From an uncultured Gammaproteobacteria bacterium (lineage in GTDB: Bacteria > Pseudomonadota > Gammaproteobacteria > DRLM01), in contig CAVSNY010000002.1 in the NCBI GenBank assembly GCA_963729605.1, positions 32,001-96,000 on the forward strand: a stretch of DNA of 64,000 nucleotides, written 5' to 3'. Every line of letters starts with the position of its first letter. Positions within the stretch are counted from its first letter, which is position 1. A program made the position numbers and the translations under genes. Below, piece after piece: positions 63,066-64,000 of the stretch. Below the pieces are notes generated by a model. The model did no database searches, was not told the origin of the DNA, and saw only the letters and a program-made list of their open reading frames with translations.

Positions 63066-64000
63066 ATGCTGTCGCGGGTCGCGGAACATATTTATTGGAT
63101 GGCCCGTTACATCGAACGGGCCGAGAATTCGGCGCGTTTGATCAACGTCACCACTAACTTGGTGCTGGACCTGCCCAAGAAGGTGGCCTTCGATTGGCGG
63201 GCCTTGCTCGACATCACCGGTTACGGCGAAATTTATCAGGCGCATCACGCGGCGGCGGATGAACGCAACGTGGTGCGTTTTCTGATCGGTGACGCGGTCA
63301 ATCCCGGCTCGATCTTGCGTTCGCTGGACAACGCCCGCGAGAACGCCCGCACCATCCGCGACATTATTCCGCGCGAGGCCTGGGAGCAGATCAATCACTT
63401 GAACCTGCGCTGCAAGAGCGATCTCCAGTTCGGCCTGTCGCAGCGCGGGCGTTACGATTATCTGCGCTGGATCATCCTCGGCACCCAGACCATCACCGGC
63501 ATGCTCGCCGGTACCATGAACCACGATTATGGTTATGACTTTTTACGCATGGGCCGTAATCTCGAGCGCGCCGACATGACGACCCGCATCATCGACGTGC
63601 GCTCCGCCAATCTGTTTTCCGAACAGGCCACCGGTCTGTCCCCTTATGAGAATATCCAGTGGATGAGCGTGCTCAAATCACTGACCGGTTATCAGATGTA
63701 TCGCCGTGCGATGCAGGTGCGGGTGCGCCGTCCCGATGTGCTGAAATTTTTGTTCAAGGAAAAAAGTTTTCCCCGCTCATTTTTTCACGCGATCGGCGAA
63801 GTGGAGAGTTGTCTGCGGCACCTGCCTCGTAACGAGGCGCCTTTGCGCCTGGTGACCGCCTTGCAGCGGGAGCTGATCGACGCCGAGCCCGAGCAACTCT
63901 CGCAGAGCGCCTTGCATGAGTTCATCGATCAATTGCAGATTCACCTGGCCGGAATCAGCGAGGAAATCACCGCCACCTATTTTCTGGTCGGCGCATCGCC
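63066..64000 (+). CDS. Alpha-E domain protein, truncated by the window end
   Basis: MLSRVAEHIYWMARYIERAEN, ARENARTIR, GRNLERADMTTR, FPRS. Confidence 0.9.
   Translation, partial: MLSRVAEHIYWMARYIERAENSARLINVTTNLVLDLPKKVAFDWRALLDITGYGEIYQAHHAAADERNVVRFLIGDAVNPGSILRSLDNARENARTIRDIIPREAWEQINHLNLRCKSDLQFGLSQRGRYDYLRWIILGTQTITGMLAGTMNHDYGYDFLRMGRNLERADMTTRIIDVRSANLFSEQATGLSPYENIQWMSVLKSLTGYQMYRRAMQVRVRRPDVLKFLFKEKSFPRSFFHAIGEVESCLRHLPRNEAPLRLVTALQRELIDAEPEQLSQSALHEFIDQLQIHLAGISEEITATYFLVGAS

Overview
High-GC, probably gammaproteobacterial chromosomal segment with three zones. (1) 1-5.1 kb: housekeeping/accessory genes ending in a twice-frameshifted uvrD. (2) ~5.25-19.3 kb: a visibly lower-GC island anchored at the 3' end of tRNA-Arg(CCG) by a decayed large serine recombinase. 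It carries a HEPN-motif ORF, an NHL-repeat lipoprotein, an IS1111-type (IS110 family) remnant whose guide-RNA region is still readable, a Fic protein, a DAGK/metallophosphoesterase pair, and a translationally coupled four-gene operon (HTH, N6-adenine MTase, PD-(D/E)xK nuclease, HExxH metalloprotein). That operon is my best candidate for an undescribed defence system. (3) 21-51 kb: a sigma54/NtrC-type nitrogen-scavenging supercluster with two divergent guanidine-I riboswitches, a guanidine ABC importer, a GdmH-like guanidinase, urease, formamidase, aliphatic amidase, two Urt-type ABC systems and a near-identical duplicated TorF porin. The rest holds speE/speA, a short unlisted membrane-peptide ORF, surface proteins and an Anbu/ATP-grasp/alpha-E locus. 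Several single-base indels in conserved genes suggest sequencing errors. All calls come from reading motifs by eye; no database searches were run.
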